A stretch of 64,000 bases of DNA from contig NC_086108.1 of assembly GCF_963921235.1 (NCBI RefSeq), forward strand, positions 77,936,001-78,000,000. The letters run 5' to 3'. Each line of letters starts with the position of its first letter. Position 1 is the first letter of the stretch. A program made the translations under genes and the position numbers. Positions 62,328-64,000 of the stretch are shown piece after piece. The DNA comes from Mobula hypostoma. Taxonomy: Eukaryota. Below the pieces are notes generated by a model, which was not told where the DNA came from, searched no databases, and was given only the letters and a program-made list of their open reading frames with translations.

Positions 62328-62590
62328 ACTTATTTAGTGATACAGCATGGAATAGGCCCTTCCGGGACTTTAAGCTATGCTGCCCCAGCAATCCCACAGA
62401 CCTGATCAACCCTAACCTAATTATGGCACAGTTTACAATGACCAATTGTCTTTGGACCCAGAGAAAACCCATGCTTTCTAGGGGGAAGACAGACAGAGAT
62501 TCCTTACAGAACAGTGCCAGAATTGAACTCTGAACTCTGGAATGCCCCGAGTTGTAATAGTGTTGTGCTAACCACTAGGCTACCAAAACA
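62328..62590 (-). mobile_element. V-SINE-like element
   Basis: Homologous to 38322-38620 (gatacagc.tgga.ta..ccctt ... gaattgaactc.gaactc ... gctaaccacta). Confidence 0.6.
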
Positions 62591-62812
62591 CCAACGCTTT
62601 CATTCTAGCTGATCAGTGCATCGCTAACAAATCCACCCTGTAGTCAAGAAAAGCTCTCCCAGAAGGCTCCTGTGGCAATTTCAGAATAGCATGTAGCATA
62701 CTATCCCCTTTTGACTTGCAGAAAGTTACTGCTATGATTAGTGCTCTAAGTTTCCTTGCCAGTCAAGGATTATTCTGTTTGGGTAGACTCAACTAAGCAG
62801 CGTGAACATTGG

Positions 62813-63044
62813 ATTTAAAAACGCAAACATGAGAAAATCTGCAGATGCTGGAAATTCAAGCAACACACACAAAATGCCGGTGGAACGCAGCAGGCCAGGC
62901 AGCATCTATAGGAAGAAGTACAGGAAACGTCAACTGTACTTCTTCCTATAGATGCTGCCTGGCCTGCTGCGTTCCACCAGCATTTTGTGTGTGTTGCTTG
63001 AATTTCCAGCATCTGCAGATTTTCCCGTGTTTGCGTTTTTAAAT
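62813..63044. repeat. 232-bp near-perfect palindrome of two inverted pLTR segments
   Basis: Arms 62813-62923 and 62934-63044 (111 bp, 3 mismatches by eye); 10-nt loop gaaacgtcaa. Confidence 0.95.
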
Positions 63045-63568
63045 TCACTACTGCGAAGCATCTTCCAGTGATGCCTACACTGAAGAAGTTTAAATCTTCT
63101 CTTCGACGGGAGTTTAGTGAAACCCTCTCTGACTGCTCCCCATCTGTAACTTCTTCGGCCCTTCAGCTTTCTGACCATGAACACCAGATGTCCAGTTTCA
63201 AATAACCTGCACACTCTCTGTCTCCTGCAAATCCAGCTAGGTCCTTTTGCACACCTCCTTCTCTCCACCCCCCCCCCCCAACCCTACCTCCATTACACAG
63301 TTTCTTTCCTCTGTGCATTAGATAACTTAAAAGTTGGTGTGCAGCCACGGAAGCAGGGCACACGGGCTTACTACACAAATTGTTTTCTATTGTAGTTGTT
63401 AAGCTGTTCCACACAAAGAAACATATTGTATTGAATTAAAGGTAATGAATCACTGAAGGTAATGTCCTCTCAATTTTTGGAAATGTATGCATAAGGTAAG
63501 AAATATAGACAAAGGATGTTACTGGTGAAAGGGTTCCTACAGCTAGTCCCCAAAGAAAGCAAAACAAA

Positions 63569-63685
63569 CTCAGTAGATCAGCAGCATGTTTGGAGGCAGA
63601 GGGATAGTCAACACTTTGACTGAAGACCATGCATCAGACTGTCAACCATCCCTCTGCCTTCATAGATGGTATCTTACTTGCTGAG
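63569..63685. repeat. Older imperfect palindrome of a related pLTR-like sequence
   Basis: ggaggcagagggatagtcaaca (~63592-63613) pairs imperfectly with tgtcaaccatccctctgccttc (63640-63661); weaker pairing continues out to ctcag/ctgag. Confidence 0.55.
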
Positions 63686-64000
63686 GTCCCTCGTGATTTG
63701 AGATGCTTCTTGACAGACTACAAAACTGAGCAGCACCATCCAGCCCAACAGGTCCACATTGGCTACAGGCAGCGCGATTCCATTTCCACTCTCACGTCCC
63801 CTTCAGCTCCTGTCCTGATCCTTAGCCACTTACCCACACTCTGAGGCACCATACAATTGGAGTGCATGCTGTAAAACCATATTGTCTCAGGGAGAGCATG
63901 CAAATTCCACACAGAGAGCACCAACCACTACATCATCAAGACATCCGAATTTAAAATCACGAAAGACATAACGAAAACGATATACTGTTTCATACATTAT

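Noticed and set aside
62815..63048. Near-identical ORFs on both strands
   Set aside because: Direct consequence of the palindrome; not coding.

Overview
Eukaryotic, vertebrate-type DNA made almost entirely of interspersed repeats. The mix of CR1, Rex1/Babar-like, RTE, L2, fish-type L1, Penelope-like, V-SINE-like, Tc1/mariner and hAT elements best fits a cartilaginous fish; this is an inference from repeat content. I found no host protein-coding gene I can support. Main large elements: a two-LTR Gypsy retrotransposon (3846-8357), a full-length L1 with one ORF2 frameshift (14768-20586, minus) plus a near-identical truncated sister copy (57143-57844), three near-full-length CR1 LINEs, and a very decayed endogenous retrovirus gag-pro-RT relic (~45790-48420, minus) that the ORF track barely shows. 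The most interesting signal is a family of very short (about 90-170 bp) Penelope-pLTR-derived insertions carrying a minimal hammerhead-ribozyme motif (CUGAnGA...GAAAC-GUC). Four have their own target-site duplications (TSDs), three begin almost exactly at the ribozyme core, and related copies form fold-back palindromes. Also notable: the Gypsy element has no tRNA-type PBS, and that position is instead complementary to the AATAAA region of its own LTR. Boundaries of old, decayed repeats are approximate, and family names come from motif recognition rather than a database search.
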